Assembly: GCA_019422485.1 (NCBI GenBank)
Contig: JAHZDG010000003.1
Coordinates: forward strand, 4,201 to 68,200
DNA length: 64,000 nucleotides
DNA from: Alistipes sp.
GTDB taxonomy: Bacteria > Bacteroidota > Bacteroidia > Bacteroidales > Rikenellaceae
Direction of reading: 5' to 3'
In this document: piece by piece, positions 46,100 to 55,388 of the stretch
Layout: the number at the start of each line of letters is the position of its first letter
Position numbering within the stretch: the stretch's first letter is position 1
Made by a program: the position numbers and the translations under genes
Notes under the pieces: generated by a model
The model's database searches: none
What the model saw: the letters and a program-made list of their open reading frames with translations, nothing else
What the model was told of the DNA's origin: nothing

Positions 46100-47488
46100 A
46101 TGTCAGTTGCGCAGAAAACGTTGAACGCCCCGATTTCCTTTGCCGGAAAAGGGTTGCATACGGGACTACCGGTCCATATGAGCGTACTGCCTGCCGAAGC
46201 GGGAACGGGAATTCGTTTCCGTCGTGTGGACCTGGAAGGGGCCCCGGAGGTGGAAGCGCTGTGTGATTATGTGGTGGATACTTCGCGAGGTACGACCATC
46301 GAAAAGAAAGGCGTACGGATCAGCACCATCGAACATATCATGGCTGCCTTGTGGGCCATGGGTGTGGATAATGCGGTGATCGAGATCGATGCCCCCGAAA
46401 CCCCCATCATGGATGGTTCGGCTGCCGAATATGTGGCTGCCATTGCTCAGGTGGGCCTGGTCGATCAGCCGGCCGATCGGGTTTATTACGATATCGACGA
46501 AAAGACGGCTTTTACCTTGTTGGAAAAAGGTGTGGAAATCGCCGTTTATCCCGACGACCACTTCTCGGTGGATGTCAATATCGATTTCGGGTCGAAGATT
46601 TTGGGTAACCAATATGCCCGTCTGGACAGCATCGAAGATTTCGAAACACAGATCTCACCGTGCCGTACGTTTGTTTTCCTGCATGAATTGGAACCGCTCA
46701 TTCAGCATAACCTGATCAAGGGAGGCGATCTGGACAACGCCATCGTGATCGTTGAAAACGAAATTTCCGATGAAGAACTGGAACGTCTGTCGGCCTTGTT
46801 CAATAAAAAGAATGTTAAGGTTAAGGAAGGGTACCTCAATAACCTGAAACTGCGTTTCCCGAACGAATGTGCCCGTCATAAATTGCTGGATATGATCGGG
46901 GATATGGCCCTGATCGGGACCCGCATTCGGGGACGTGTTGTGGCTTACAAACCGGGTCACTTTGCCAATACGGAATTCGCCAAGTTGGTGCGTAAACAGA
47001 TCAAACGCAATTCGGCAAAACCTTGGTTCAAGTACAATCCCAACGTAGAACCGTTGTACGATATTAATCAGATTCGTAAGATGTTACCTCATCGTCCTCC
47101 GTTCCTGCTGGTCGACAAGGTGTTGCATGTGGATTCGCAACGGGTTGTGGGGATCAAGAACGTGACCATGAACGAACCCTTCTTCGTGGGCCATTTTCCC
47201 AGTGAACCGGTTATGCCCGGGGTGCTGATCGTGGAAGCGATGGCTCAATGCGGCGGTATTCTGGCTCTGCATAATATCTCGGATCCGGAAAACTACAGCA
47301 CCTATTTCATGAAGATCGACGGGGTGAAATTCAAACGGAAAATCGTTCCGGGAGATACCTTGCAGTTCGAATTGAAACTGGCTGAACCGATTCGTCGCGG
47401 GATCGTGCTCATGGAAGCACGCGCCTATGTGGGCGATACGCTGGCAACCGAAGCCCTGTTGATGGCTCAGGTGGCCCGCAATAAATAA
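46100..47488 (+). CDS. lpxC/fabZ: bifunctional UDP-3-O-acyl-GlcNAc deacetylase / 3-hydroxyacyl-ACP dehydratase (LpxC-FabZ fusion)
   Basis: LpxC motifs are [16 protein letters not shown] and HKLLDMIGD. The FabZ half has [11 protein letters not shown] and [23 protein letters not shown]. This fusion is characteristic of Bacteroidota. Confidence 0.93.
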   Translation: MSVAQKTLNAPISFAGKGLHTGLPVHMSVLPAEAGTGIRFRRVDLEGAPEVEALCDYVVDTSRGTTIEKKGVRISTIEHIMAALWAMGVDNAVIEIDAPETPIMDGSAAEYVAAIAQVGLVDQPADRVYYDIDEKTAFTLLEKGVEIAVYPDDHFSVDVNIDFGSKILGNQYARLDSIEDFETQISPCRTFVFLHELEPLIQHNLIKGGDLDNAIVIVENEISDEELERLSALFNKKNVKVKEGYLNNLKLRFPNECARHKLLDMIGDMALIGTRIRGRVVAYKPGHFANTEFAKLVRKQIKRNSAKPWFKYNPNVEPLYDINQIRKMLPHRPPFLLVDKVLHVDSQRVVGIKNVTMNEPFFVGHFPSEPVMPGVLIVEAMAQCGGILALHNISDPENYSTYFMKIDGVKFKRKIVPGDTLQFELKLAEPIRRGIVLMEARAYVGDTLATEALLMAQVARNK

Positions 47489-47541
47489 ACGGTGAACACA
47501 GAATCAGTATTTATCATTCTATAACCTATCTATCTTATAAG

Positions 47542-48345
47542 ATGATCAGTCCTTTAGCCTATGTCTCTCCCAAAGCCCAGCTCGGCGAAAATGTAACCGT
47601 TGAACCTTTTGCTTACATCGCCGATGACGTAGTGGTCGGAGAGGGTACCTGGATCGGTCCGGGTGCGGTGTTGCAGAATGGGACCCGCATGGGAAAATTT
47701 TGTCAGGTACATACGGCTGCCGTGGTGGCCGGTATTCCGCAGGATTTAAAGTTCAAAGGCGAATATACCACCGCCGAAATCGGGGATTATACCAATATCC
47801 GCGAATGTGTGACCATCAGCCGGGGTACGGCGGCTAAGGGCAAGACCGTGGTGGGCAGTCATACGTTGTTGATGGCTTATGTGCATGTCGGACACGACTG
47901 CGTGGTGGGCGATCATTGCGTGATTGTCAATCGGGTGTCGATGGCCGGAGAGGTGGAAATCGGCGACTGGGCCGTGGTGGGAGGTCATGTGGCCATCCAT
48001 CAGTTTACCCGTGTGGGGGCTCATGCCATGGTGGCCGGCGGTTCGCTGGTCGGCAAGGATATTCCACCCTTCGTGAAAGCCGGGCATAATCCGCTGGCTT
48101 TCGTGGGTGCCAATTATATCGGTTTGCGCCGCCGGGGCTTTACGTCGGAAAAAATATCGGAAATTCAGGAAATGTTCCGGATTCTGTTCCAGTCGGGGTA
48201 TGGTTACTCCAAGGCGTGCGACCTGGTCGAAGCGCAGTTGCCGCAGACTCCCGAGCGGGATATGGTGCTTTCGTTCATTCGGGAATCGAAACGAGGGATT
48301 CTCAAACCTTACAACTCGCGAAAGTCGACCGAGGAGGTTGAATAG
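47542..48345 (+). CDS. lpxA: acyl-ACP--UDP-N-acetylglucosamine O-acyltransferase
   Basis: Left-handed beta-helix hexapeptide repeats (VGHDCVVGDHCVIVNRVSMAGEVEIGDWAVVGG) and an LpxA C-terminal helical domain. Confidence 0.9.
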   Translation: MISPLAYVSPKAQLGENVTVEPFAYIADDVVVGEGTWIGPGAVLQNGTRMGKFCQVHTAAVVAGIPQDLKFKGEYTTAEIGDYTNIRECVTISRGTAAKGKTVVGSHTLLMAYVHVGHDCVVGDHCVIVNRVSMAGEVEIGDWAVVGGHVAIHQFTRVGAHAMVAGGSLVGKDIPPFVKAGHNPLAFVGANYIGLRRRGFTSEKISEIQEMFRILFQSGYGYSKACDLVEAQLPQTPERDMVLSFIRESKRGILKPYNSRKSTEEVE

Positions 48346-48360
48346 AAATTTCAAACATAG

Positions 48361-48388
48361 AAAGGCTGCCGTTCAGACAGCCTTTTTT
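48361..48388 (+). terminator. intrinsic terminator after lpxA
   Basis: aaaggctg / cagccttt form an 8-bp stem with a 9-nt loop, followed by tttttt. Confidence 0.65.
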
Positions 48389-48419
48389 GTTATTTGTGCA
48401 AAAATAGAAGCTTGAACAA

Positions 48420-49046
48420 ATGAAGAAGTTTTGGATGATGTTGTGTTGGCTGTTGCCTTCACTCGGTTTTGCTCAGGCCGAATTTCCCTATTCCAAGTTG
48501 TTGTCCATGACGACGGAACAGCTCCGGGCCGAGAAATTCAAGTATGATAAGGATCGTAATCAGGACGTGCTGCGTAAAAGCAACGGCTGGCAGATGACGG
48601 CCAATGTGCTTTCGGCTCTGGGCGGAGCTTCGGGCGATATTCGGCCGGCTGAAAATGATTATGAAGTGGTGATCCAGTATGGAGAGGAGGGCATTGCCTA
48701 TGTGGAAGTGATCTTTTTTAAGGATGCTACCTACCATGACCTGCTGACGTTTGCCCATGACCAGGGTCAGGATCTGCTGGAAACCAACTCAGGAAAATTG
48801 GATAAGATACAGTTTCAGTACGCCGGCTATGCGTTTGAATTGACCCGTCAGCTGCATGAGGTGAAAACCACGACGGATCAGACCAGCGCGAAGGCCAAGA
48901 CGTTCGATGAATCCTATAATTTGTACCGCTATATTATTCGGACCGGGCGGCCGGCCTCTTCGGACTGGCTCACAAGACAGGCGCTGAAGCAGGAAAAACG
49001 GGACGCCAAAGGGAAAAAGAAACAGGACGTCTCCTCGTTTATGTAA
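48420..49046 (+). CDS. hypothetical secreted protein (208 aa) with a Lys-rich C-terminus
   Basis: Signal peptide MKKFWMMLCWLLPSLGFAQA. No recognisable motif. The reading frame is coherent. Confidence 0.55.
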   Translation: MKKFWMMLCWLLPSLGFAQAEFPYSKLLSMTTEQLRAEKFKYDKDRNQDVLRKSNGWQMTANVLSALGGASGDIRPAENDYEVVIQYGEEGIAYVEVIFFKDATYHDLLTFAHDQGQDLLETNSGKLDKIQFQYAGYAFELTRQLHEVKTTTDQTSAKAKTFDESYNLYRYIIRTGRPASSDWLTRQALKQEKRDAKGKKKQDVSSFM

Positions 49047-49146
49047 ACGGCTGCGATGTAGCTTTTGAATCGGGGGATCGGAGCCGGATTTCGGAATATG
49101 TCGGATATTTCGGGAAAAAGGTGTTGCGATTTTGTGGTTTATTTGC

Positions 49147-49154
49147 TATATTTG
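49147..49154 (+). promoter_or_regulatory. TAnnTTTG -7 box for the rimP-nusA-infB operon
   Basis: TATATTTG lies 98 nt upstream of ATG 49253. Confidence 0.6.
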
Positions 49155-49167
49155 TGGCGACAAGATC

Positions 49168-49197
49168 AGAAGGATAGGGACGCGAGTCCCTTCTTTT
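49168..49197 (+). promoter_or_regulatory. leader hairpin with a U-run (candidate attenuator or 5' stabiliser) in the rimP-nusA-infB leader
   Basis: An inner gggac-gcga-gtccc stem-loop is extended by agaa/ttct and followed by tttt. It begins about 14 nt after the -7 box. Confidence 0.4.
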
Positions 49198-49252
49198 GTA
49201 CCTTCGCCTTTTGAAAAGACGCTGATTGAAAGAAATTTAAAGGGAAAAAGAG

Positions 49253-49723
49253 ATGACAGATGCCGCCGCTTTACGCCTGAAGGTGGATGAACTGCTCGAG
49301 GGAACCGACCTCTTTGTGGTAGAGGTGAAAGTCTCGATGTCGAACGAAATCGAGGTGGTTGTGGATCGCGATACGGCTTCGCTGGATCTCGATACCCTGG
49401 CGGATCTGAACCGCCGGATTGAACAGACGCTCGACCGGGAAGTCGAGGATTTTCAGCTGACGGTCTCTTCGGCGGGTATCGGGCAGCCGCTCAAACTGCT
49501 GCGCCAGTATCGCAAGCTGATCGATCAGAGTCTGGAGGTGGTGCTGACCTCGGGTGTGAAACTGCTGGCCGTGCTGCGGGAAGTGCACGAAGACGCCCTG
49601 GTGCTGGAGTACCCGGAAAAGGTGAGCGTCGAAGGGAAAAAACGGAAGGAAACGATCACCGTTCGTCGCGAAGTGCCCCTGGCGGAGATCAAAACCGCCT
49701 GCGAATACTTGACTTTCAAATAG
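49253..49723 (+). CDS. rimP: ribosome maturation factor RimP
   Basis: 156 aa, immediately upstream of nusA, with RimP-like segments LFVVEVKV...IEVVVDRD and LTVSSAGIGQPL. Confidence 0.8.
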   Translation: MTDAAALRLKVDELLEGTDLFVVEVKVSMSNEIEVVVDRDTASLDLDTLADLNRRIEQTLDREVEDFQLTVSSAGIGQPLKLLRQYRKLIDQSLEVVLTSGVKLLAVLREVHEDALVLEYPEKVSVEGKKRKETITVRREVPLAEIKTACEYLTFK

Positions 49724-49745
49724 AAATTTTAGCCGATTAACATAT

Positions 49746-50975
49746 ATGGATAATCTCAATCTGATAAGCACTTTTGCCGAGTTCAAAGAGCTTAAGAATA
49801 TCGACAAGAACACCATGATCTGGTTGTTGGAAGACGTATTCCGTCACCAGTTGAACAAGACTTACGAAACGGATGAGAATTTCGACGTCATTATCAATCC
49901 CGAAAAGGGTGACCTGGAAATCTGGCGGAACCGGACCATCGTCGAAGACGGTCAGGTGGAAAATCCCAATCAGCAGATTTCGCTGAGTGATGCCCGGGCG
50001 ATCGACCCGACCTACGAAGTGGGGGAAGAGGTGGCCGACGAGATCAAACTCTCTGATTTCGGACGTCGTGCCGTATTGTCGTTGCGTCAGAACCTGGCTT
50101 CGCGCATCATGGACCTCGAAAAGGCCAACCTGTATGAAAAGTACAAGGAAAAAGTGGGCGAAATCATTACGGGGGAAGTTTATCAGGTGTGGAAAAAAGA
50201 GGTGCTGGTGCTCGACGACGAAGAAAACGAGCTGGTTCTGCCCAAGTCGGAACAGATCCCCAGCGACTTTTTCCGCAAGGGTGACAGCATCAAAGCCATC
50301 GTTTCGAAAGTGGAAATGCGGAACAACAATCCGGCCATCATCCTGTCGCGTACGGCTCCTGAATTCCTGGAACGATTGTTCGAAATGGAAGTGCCCGAAA
50401 TCTATGACGGCCTGATCACGATCAAGAAAATCGTCCGCATCCCGGGAGAACGCGCTAAAGTGGCTGTCGAATCCTACGATGACCGTATCGATCCGGTGGG
50501 CGCTTGCGTCGGAATGAAAGGTTCCCGCATCTATTCGATCGTCAAAGAGTTGCGCAACGAAAATATCGATGTGGTCAACTATACCTCCAATACCCAGTTG
50601 ATGATCCAGCGAGCTCTGAATCCCGCCAAAATATCGTCGATCCAGATCAACGAAGAGACCAAAACCGCTTCGGTTTACCTCAAACCCAACGAAGTGTCGT
50701 TGGCGATTGGGAAAGGCGGTCTGAACATCCGTCTGGCCAGTATGCTGACGGGTTACGACCTGGATGTGTACCGCGAAGTGGAAGAAGAAGATGTGGCCCT
50801 GGACGAATTCTCGGACGAAATCGACCAGTGGATCATCGACCAGTTCAAAGCCATCGGTTGCGATACGGCCAAGAGTGTGCTGGAATTGTCGACCGACGAA
50901 CTGGCTCGGCTGACCGACCTCGAAGAGGAAACGATCCAGGAAGTGGTCGGTATCCTCAAAGCCGAGTTCGAATAG
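49746..50975 (+). CDS. nusA: transcription termination/antitermination factor NusA
   Basis: An N-terminal domain, an S1 domain (GEIITGEVYQV), and two KH domains (GACVGMKGSRI and LAIGKGGLNIRLAS). Confidence 0.92.
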   Translation: MDNLNLISTFAEFKELKNIDKNTMIWLLEDVFRHQLNKTYETDENFDVIINPEKGDLEIWRNRTIVEDGQVENPNQQISLSDARAIDPTYEVGEEVADEIKLSDFGRRAVLSLRQNLASRIMDLEKANLYEKYKEKVGEIITGEVYQVWKKEVLVLDDEENELVLPKSEQIPSDFFRKGDSIKAIVSKVEMRNNNPAIILSRTAPEFLERLFEMEVPEIYDGLITIKKIVRIPGERAKVAVESYDDRIDPVGACVGMKGSRIYSIVKELRNENIDVVNYTSNTQLMIQRALNPAKISSIQINEETKTASVYLKPNEVSLAIGKGGLNIRLASMLTGYDLDVYREVEEEDVALDEFSDEIDQWIIDQFKAIGCDTAKSVLELSTDELARLTDLEEETIQEVVGILKAEFE

Positions 50976-51104
50976 CCGTTGGGGCGGGGGTGCAGGATCG
51001 GTTCCGGCCCGTTACCGTCCTTCACCGGGGAGGTCCCCGGATGAAAAGCCGAAGAGAAGCAGTATAGATTTAACGAAACACCGAAACGCCGAAAAATAGA
51101 ACGT

Positions 51105-54032
51105 ATGTCAAACGAACGAAGACTAAGACTCAACCAGGTTGCCCGAGAGTTAAATGTCGGCCAAACTACCATCATCGAATTTCTGGAAAAGAAAGGAGTG
51201 AAATTGGATCACGTCCCCAATTCCATCATTGAACCGCAGGTGTATGCGCTTCTGGAAAAGGAATTTGGGGGTAATCGCGCCGAATCGGTCAATATCCGCG
51301 AACGCATCGGGCAGAAGCACGAAACCGTGTCGCTGGGCAGCCGTAAGGAAGAGGCTTCCGCTGAAGAAGAATCCGACTTCAAAAAAGAAGTGGTGGTCAA
51401 AAGCGGCGTTATCAGTGTGAAAGACGAAGTCGCTTCGCGGGGCCCGAAGATTTTGGGTAAGATCGATCTGTCGGGATCGACCTCCAAAGGGGCTTCGAAA
51501 CCCGAAACTCCTGCCAAACCGGCTCCGAAAGCCGAACCGGTGAAGCCGGCTGCAACTTCGACTGCAGCCGCTGCGGAGGCGAGTCCGGCTGCTGAATCGA
51601 AGCCGGAAGTGAAATCGGAAGTTTCGGCGAAACCGACCGTTGCTCCGGCTCCGGCAGCCTCGGCTGCTCCGGTAGCAGAACCCGCTCCGGTCGCTTCGGC
51701 GGTCAAGAGTGAACCGGAGGAAAAGACGGTGAAACCGGAAGCGCCGAAAGTAATGGTTGCTTCGGAAGTGAAGAAACCGGAGGCCAAACCGCAGGAAGAA
51801 GAAACGGCAGCACGTCCGGTGGAATCGGTTACCAGCACTTTCCTGCCGACCGAAACCGCTAAATTGGCCGGGCCTAAGGTGTTGGGTAAGATTGATGTGC
51901 AGGCGTTCGCCCGGAAAAAAGGCGAAAACAAACGGGAAAAACGCAAACGGATCACCAAAGATAAAGTCGATCTGAATCAGAAACCGGCTCAGGGTGCTTC
52001 GGCGGGTGCTGCGGGCCGTCCGGCTCAAGGCGGTGGCTCGGGTCGTCCGGGTCAGGGCGGCGCTTCGAATGCCAATCGGGCCGATCGCAAAAAGGGCGGG
52101 AAAGCTGCTCCGCGTCCGGTGGTTCGACCCGAAGTGAGCGATGAAGAAGTACAGAAACAGATTAAAGATACGTTGGCTCGCCTGACCTCCAAAGGCTCCA
52201 AGTTCAAAACGTCGAAATATCGTCGCGACAAACGGGAAGCCGTTTCGGCCCGTATGAACGAGGAGATGGAACGCGAAGAAAAGGAAAAGAGCATTCTGCG
52301 CGTGACGGAATTCGTGACGGTGAGCGAACTGGCCACGATGATGAATGTCGGAGTGACGGAGGTCATTACGGCTTGTATGAACTTGGGTCTGATGGTGTCC
52401 ATCAACCAGCGTCTCGATGCCGAAGCGTTGGTGGTGGTGGCCGAAGAGTTTGGCTTCAAGGTTGAATTCGTGACGGTCGATACCCAGGAGGCCATCGATA
52501 CTGAAGAGGACAAAGAAGAAGATCTGAAACCGCGTCCGCCCATTGTAACGGTCATGGGTCACGTCGACCACGGGAAAACCTCGTTGCTCGACTATATCCG
52601 TAAGACGAATGTGATTGCGGGTGAAGCCGGGGGGATTACCCAACATATCGGGGCTTACAGTGTTCAGGTGAACGATCGCCGCATTACGTTCCTCGATACG
52701 CCGGGGCACGAAGCTTTTACCGCCATGCGTGCCCGTGGGGCCAAGGTGACGGACGTTGCGATTATCATCGTGGCAGCCGATGACAGTGTGATGCCTCAGA
52801 CGGTGGAAGCCATCAACCACGCAGCAGCAGCAGGGGTGCCCATTGTATTTGCTATTAATAAGATCGATAAACCGGGGGCTAATCCGGATAAGATCAAAGA
52901 ACAGTTGGCGGCGATGAATTATCAGGTCGAAGACTGGGGCGGGAAATATCAGTCGCAGGAAATTTCGGCCAAAAAGGGTATTAACGTCGACAAACTGCTC
53001 GAAAAAGTGTTGTTGGAAGCTGAATTCCTCGACCTGAAAGCCAATCCCGACCGCAAGGCTCAAGGGGTGGTGATCGAATCTACCTTGGATAAGGGTCGTG
53101 GTTATGTTGCTACGGTGTTGGTTCAGAACGGGACTTTGCGTGTGGGCGACGTTATGCTTTCGGGAACCTATTCGGGCCGTGTCAAAGCCATGTTCAATGA
53201 ACGTGGAACCCGTATTCAGGTGGCACCTCCTTCGACCCCGGTTCTGGTGTTGGGGCTGAACGGTGCACCGCAGGCCGGGGATACGTTTAATGTCATGGAT
53301 GACGAACGTTCGGCACGCGATATCGCCAACAAACGCGAACAGCTGCAGCGTATGCAGGGTCTGCGTACCCAGAAACATATTACGCTGGATGAAATCGGTC
53401 GTCGTATTGCGATCGGTAACTTCAAGGAACTGAACATCATCGTGAAAGGGGACGTGGACGGTTCGATCGAAGCCTTGTCCGACTCCTTGATCAAACTCTC
53501 GAAAGAAGAGGTTCAGGTGAATGTGATTCACAAGGCCGTGGGTCCGATCTCCGAATCGGATGTGCTGTTGGCTGCAGCCTCCAATGCGGTGATCGTCGGC
53601 TTCCAGGTTCGTCCTTCGGCTGCGGCTCGTAAGTTGGCCGAAAAAGAAGAGATCGAAATTCGTCTCTACTCGATCATCTACGATGCCATCAACGATATCA
53701 AAGATGCGATCGAAGGGATGTTGGCTCCGGTGATGAAGGAAGAGATCGTATGCTCGGTGGAAGTGATGGAAACCTTCAAGATCTCCAAGGTCGGTACCGT
53801 AGCCGGATGTTTGGTTCGCGAAGGAAAGGTGACCCGCAATACGTTGGTTCGGGTGATCCGCGACGGGATTGTGGTGTATACCGGCAAGTTGGGTTCACTC
53901 AAACGCTTCAAGGACGATGTCAAAGAGGTGGTTTCGGGTATGGAATGCGGCTTGAACATCGAAAACTACAACGACATCAAAGTCGGCGATATTATCGAAG
54001 GGTACGAACAGGTCGAAGTGAAACGCAAATAA
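51105..54032 (+). CDS. infB: translation initiation factor IF-2
   Basis: A low-complexity Ala/Pro/Glu/Lys N-terminal region, then G-domain motifs [20 protein letters not shown] and NKID. Confidence 0.95.
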   Translation: MSNERRLRLNQVARELNVGQTTIIEFLEKKGVKLDHVPNSIIEPQVYALLEKEFGGNRAESVNIRERIGQKHETVSLGSRKEEASAEEESDFKKEVVVKSGVISVKDEVASRGPKILGKIDLSGSTSKGASKPETPAKPAPKAEPVKPAATSTAAAAEASPAAESKPEVKSEVSAKPTVAPAPAASAAPVAEPAPVASAVKSEPEEKTVKPEAPKVMVASEVKKPEAKPQEEETAARPVESVTSTFLPTETAKLAGPKVLGKIDVQAFARKKGENKREKRKRITKDKVDLNQKPAQGASAGAAGRPAQGGGSGRPGQGGASNANRADRKKGGKAAPRPVVRPEVSDEEVQKQIKDTLARLTSKGSKFKTSKYRRDKREAVSARMNEEMEREEKEKSILRVTEFVTVSELATMMNVGVTEVITACMNLGLMVSINQRLDAEALVVVAEEFGFKVEFVTVDTQEAIDTEEDKEEDLKPRPPIVTVMGHVDHGKTSLLDYIRKTNVIAGEAGGITQHIGAYSVQVNDRRITFLDTPGHEAFTAMRARGAKVTDVAIIIVAADDSVMPQTVEAINHAAAAGVPIVFAINKIDKPGANPDKIKEQLAAMNYQVEDWGGKYQSQEISAKKGINVDKLLEKVLLEAEFLDLKANPDRKAQGVVIESTLDKGRGYVATVLVQNGTLRVGDVMLSGTYSGRVKAMFNERGTRIQVAPPSTPVLVLGLNGAPQAGDTFNVMDDERSARDIANKREQLQRMQGLRTQKHITLDEIGRRIAIGNFKELNIIVKGDVDGSIEALSDSLIKLSKEEVQVNVIHKAVGPISESDVLLAAASNAVIVGFQVRPSAAARKLAEKEEIEIRLYSIIYDAINDIKDAIEGMLAPVMKEEIVCSVEVMETFKISKVGTVAGCLVREGKVTRNTLVRVIRDGIVVYTGKLGSLKRFKDDVKEVVSGMECGLNIENYNDIKVGDIIEGYEQVEVKRK

Positions 54033-54052
54033 GCCGGCCGTACTCGCCATAT

Positions 54053-54088
54053 AAAAAGGAAGCCTCCCCAACGGGAGGCTTCCTTTTT
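54053..54088 (+). terminator. intrinsic terminator after infB
   Basis: aaaaaggaagcctccc / gggaggcttccttttt form a 16-bp stem with a caac loop. Confidence 0.9.
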
Positions 54089-54254
54089 ATGGTTGAATGA
54101 ATTGTCGTGCAAGAGGAACGAAAATCGAATATCCAGTTTTGATCTTTCGGTGAGAGTGCGGAAGACTCGAACAGAGATGCCGAATGGAATTCCTGCGTTC
54201 GGCAGTCGGCTTCGGGCTCTGTGCTCTTGACTTTTCTGCTATGACAGTCCTTGA

Positions 54255-54301
54255 GCAGGAGTCGGTGGCCGTTACTCTTTGATGCAGGAGTCGGCGGCCG
54301 T
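54255..54301. repeat. 18-nt direct repeat (one mismatch, 29-nt period) straddling the tsaD stop codon
   Basis: gcaggagtcggtggccgt at 54255-54272 and gcaggagtcggcggccgt at 54284-54301. Confidence 0.9.
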
Positions 54302-55321
54302 CATTTGACTGGCGCGGGCTACGGGAACAATATCCATTGGGGCGAACTCTTCGCGCAGGTATTTGAAATAACCCGTAATGCCGATCATGGCTGCATTGTC
54401 GGTTGTGAATTTAAATTCGGGCAGGTAGGTATTCCAGCCCCGTTTGCGACCCTCTTGCTGAATGGCATTGCGCAACCCGGAGTTGGCCGACACCCCGCCC
54501 GCAATGGCGATTTCGTGAATGTCGTATTGTTTGGCCGCCTTGACGAGCTTGTTCAACAGAATCTCGATGATCGTATGTTGCAGAGAAGCGCACAGGTCAG
54601 CGGTATTTTCTTCGATGAAGTGGGGGTTCTCCTGCATGTGGTCACGCAGAAAATAGAGGAACGAGGTTTTTAACCCGCTGAAACTGTAATCGAGCCCGTC
54701 GACCGAAGGTTTGGCGAATTTGAAACGTTTGGGATCGCCCTCTTTGGCGTAGCGGTCGATGACCGGACCGCCGGGATAGGGCAGCCCCATCACCTTGGCG
54801 CATTTGTCGAATGCTTCGCCGGCCGCATCGTCGATGGTGGTGCCGACGATCTCCATGTGTTCGTAATCATCGACCCGGACGATTTGGGAGTGTCCGCCCG
54901 AAACCAACAGACACAAAAACGGGAAGGCCGGATGGGGCAACGTGCGGTCGGGCAGGTCGATAAAGTGCGAGAGGATATGTCCCTGCAGGTGGTTGATCTC
55001 CATCATCGGGACATCCAGGGCGAGAGCCAGCCCCTTGGCAAACGAGGTGCCGACCAACAACGATCCCAACAGCCCGGGACCTCGTGTAAAGGCGATGCCG
55101 TCGATCTGTGAACGTTCGACCCCGGCTTCGCGCAGCGCGGTGTCGACAACCGGGATGATGTTTTGTTGGTGGGCCCGTGACGCCAGTTCGGGGATCACCC
55201 CTCCGTATTTGCGGTGAACTTCCTGTGAGGCAATGACGTTCGAGAGCAACACCCCGTTCCGGATAACGGCGGCCGAAGTGTCGTCGCAGGAGGATTCGAT
55301 GCCCAGGATCGTAATATCCAT
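54272..55321 (-). CDS. tsaD: tRNA N6-adenosine threonylcarbamoyltransferase
   Basis: Motifs ILGIESSCDDTSAAV, metal site HLQGH, and IAGGVSANSGLR. Confidence 0.92.
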   Translation of the reverse strand: MDITILGIESSCDDTSAAVIRNGVLLSNVIASQEVHRKYGGVIPELASRAHQQNIIPVVDTALREAGVERSQIDGIAFTRGPGLLGSLLVGTSFAKGLALALDVPMMEINHLQGHILSHFIDLPDRTLPHPAFPFLCLLVSGGHSQIVRVDDYEHMEIVGTTIDDAAGEAFDKCAKVMGLPYPGGPVIDRYAKEGDPKRFKFAKPSVDGLDYSFSGLKTSFLYFLRDHMQENPHFIEENTADLCASLQHTIIEILLNKLVKAAKQYDIHEIAIAGGVSANSGLRNAIQQEGRKRGWNTYLPEFKFTTDNAAMIGITGYFKYLREEFAPMDIVPVARASQMTAADSCIKE

Positions 55322-55388
55322 ATCGTGTTTTCTTAATTGACTAAAATTTGCTAAACTTGTAGGTTCGTAGGTCGGCTACTGAGTTCGT

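Noticed and set aside
51150-53531. Very long minus-strand ORF (793 aa) opposite infB. Similar giants lie opposite tamB (56649-59345, 898 aa), mraY/murD (29900-31780, 626 aa), murC (34748-36133), the lipoprotein gene (334-1575) and the M28 peptidase/gldE genes (41443-42975 and 40359-41579), and on the + strand opposite the GH78 gene (13115-14464).
   Set aside because: These are antisense shadow ORFs. Their translations are low-complexity and rich in Arg, His, Pro and Gly, with no motifs, while the opposite strand encodes unmistakable conserved proteins. GC-rich codon bias suppresses stop codons in the antisense frame.
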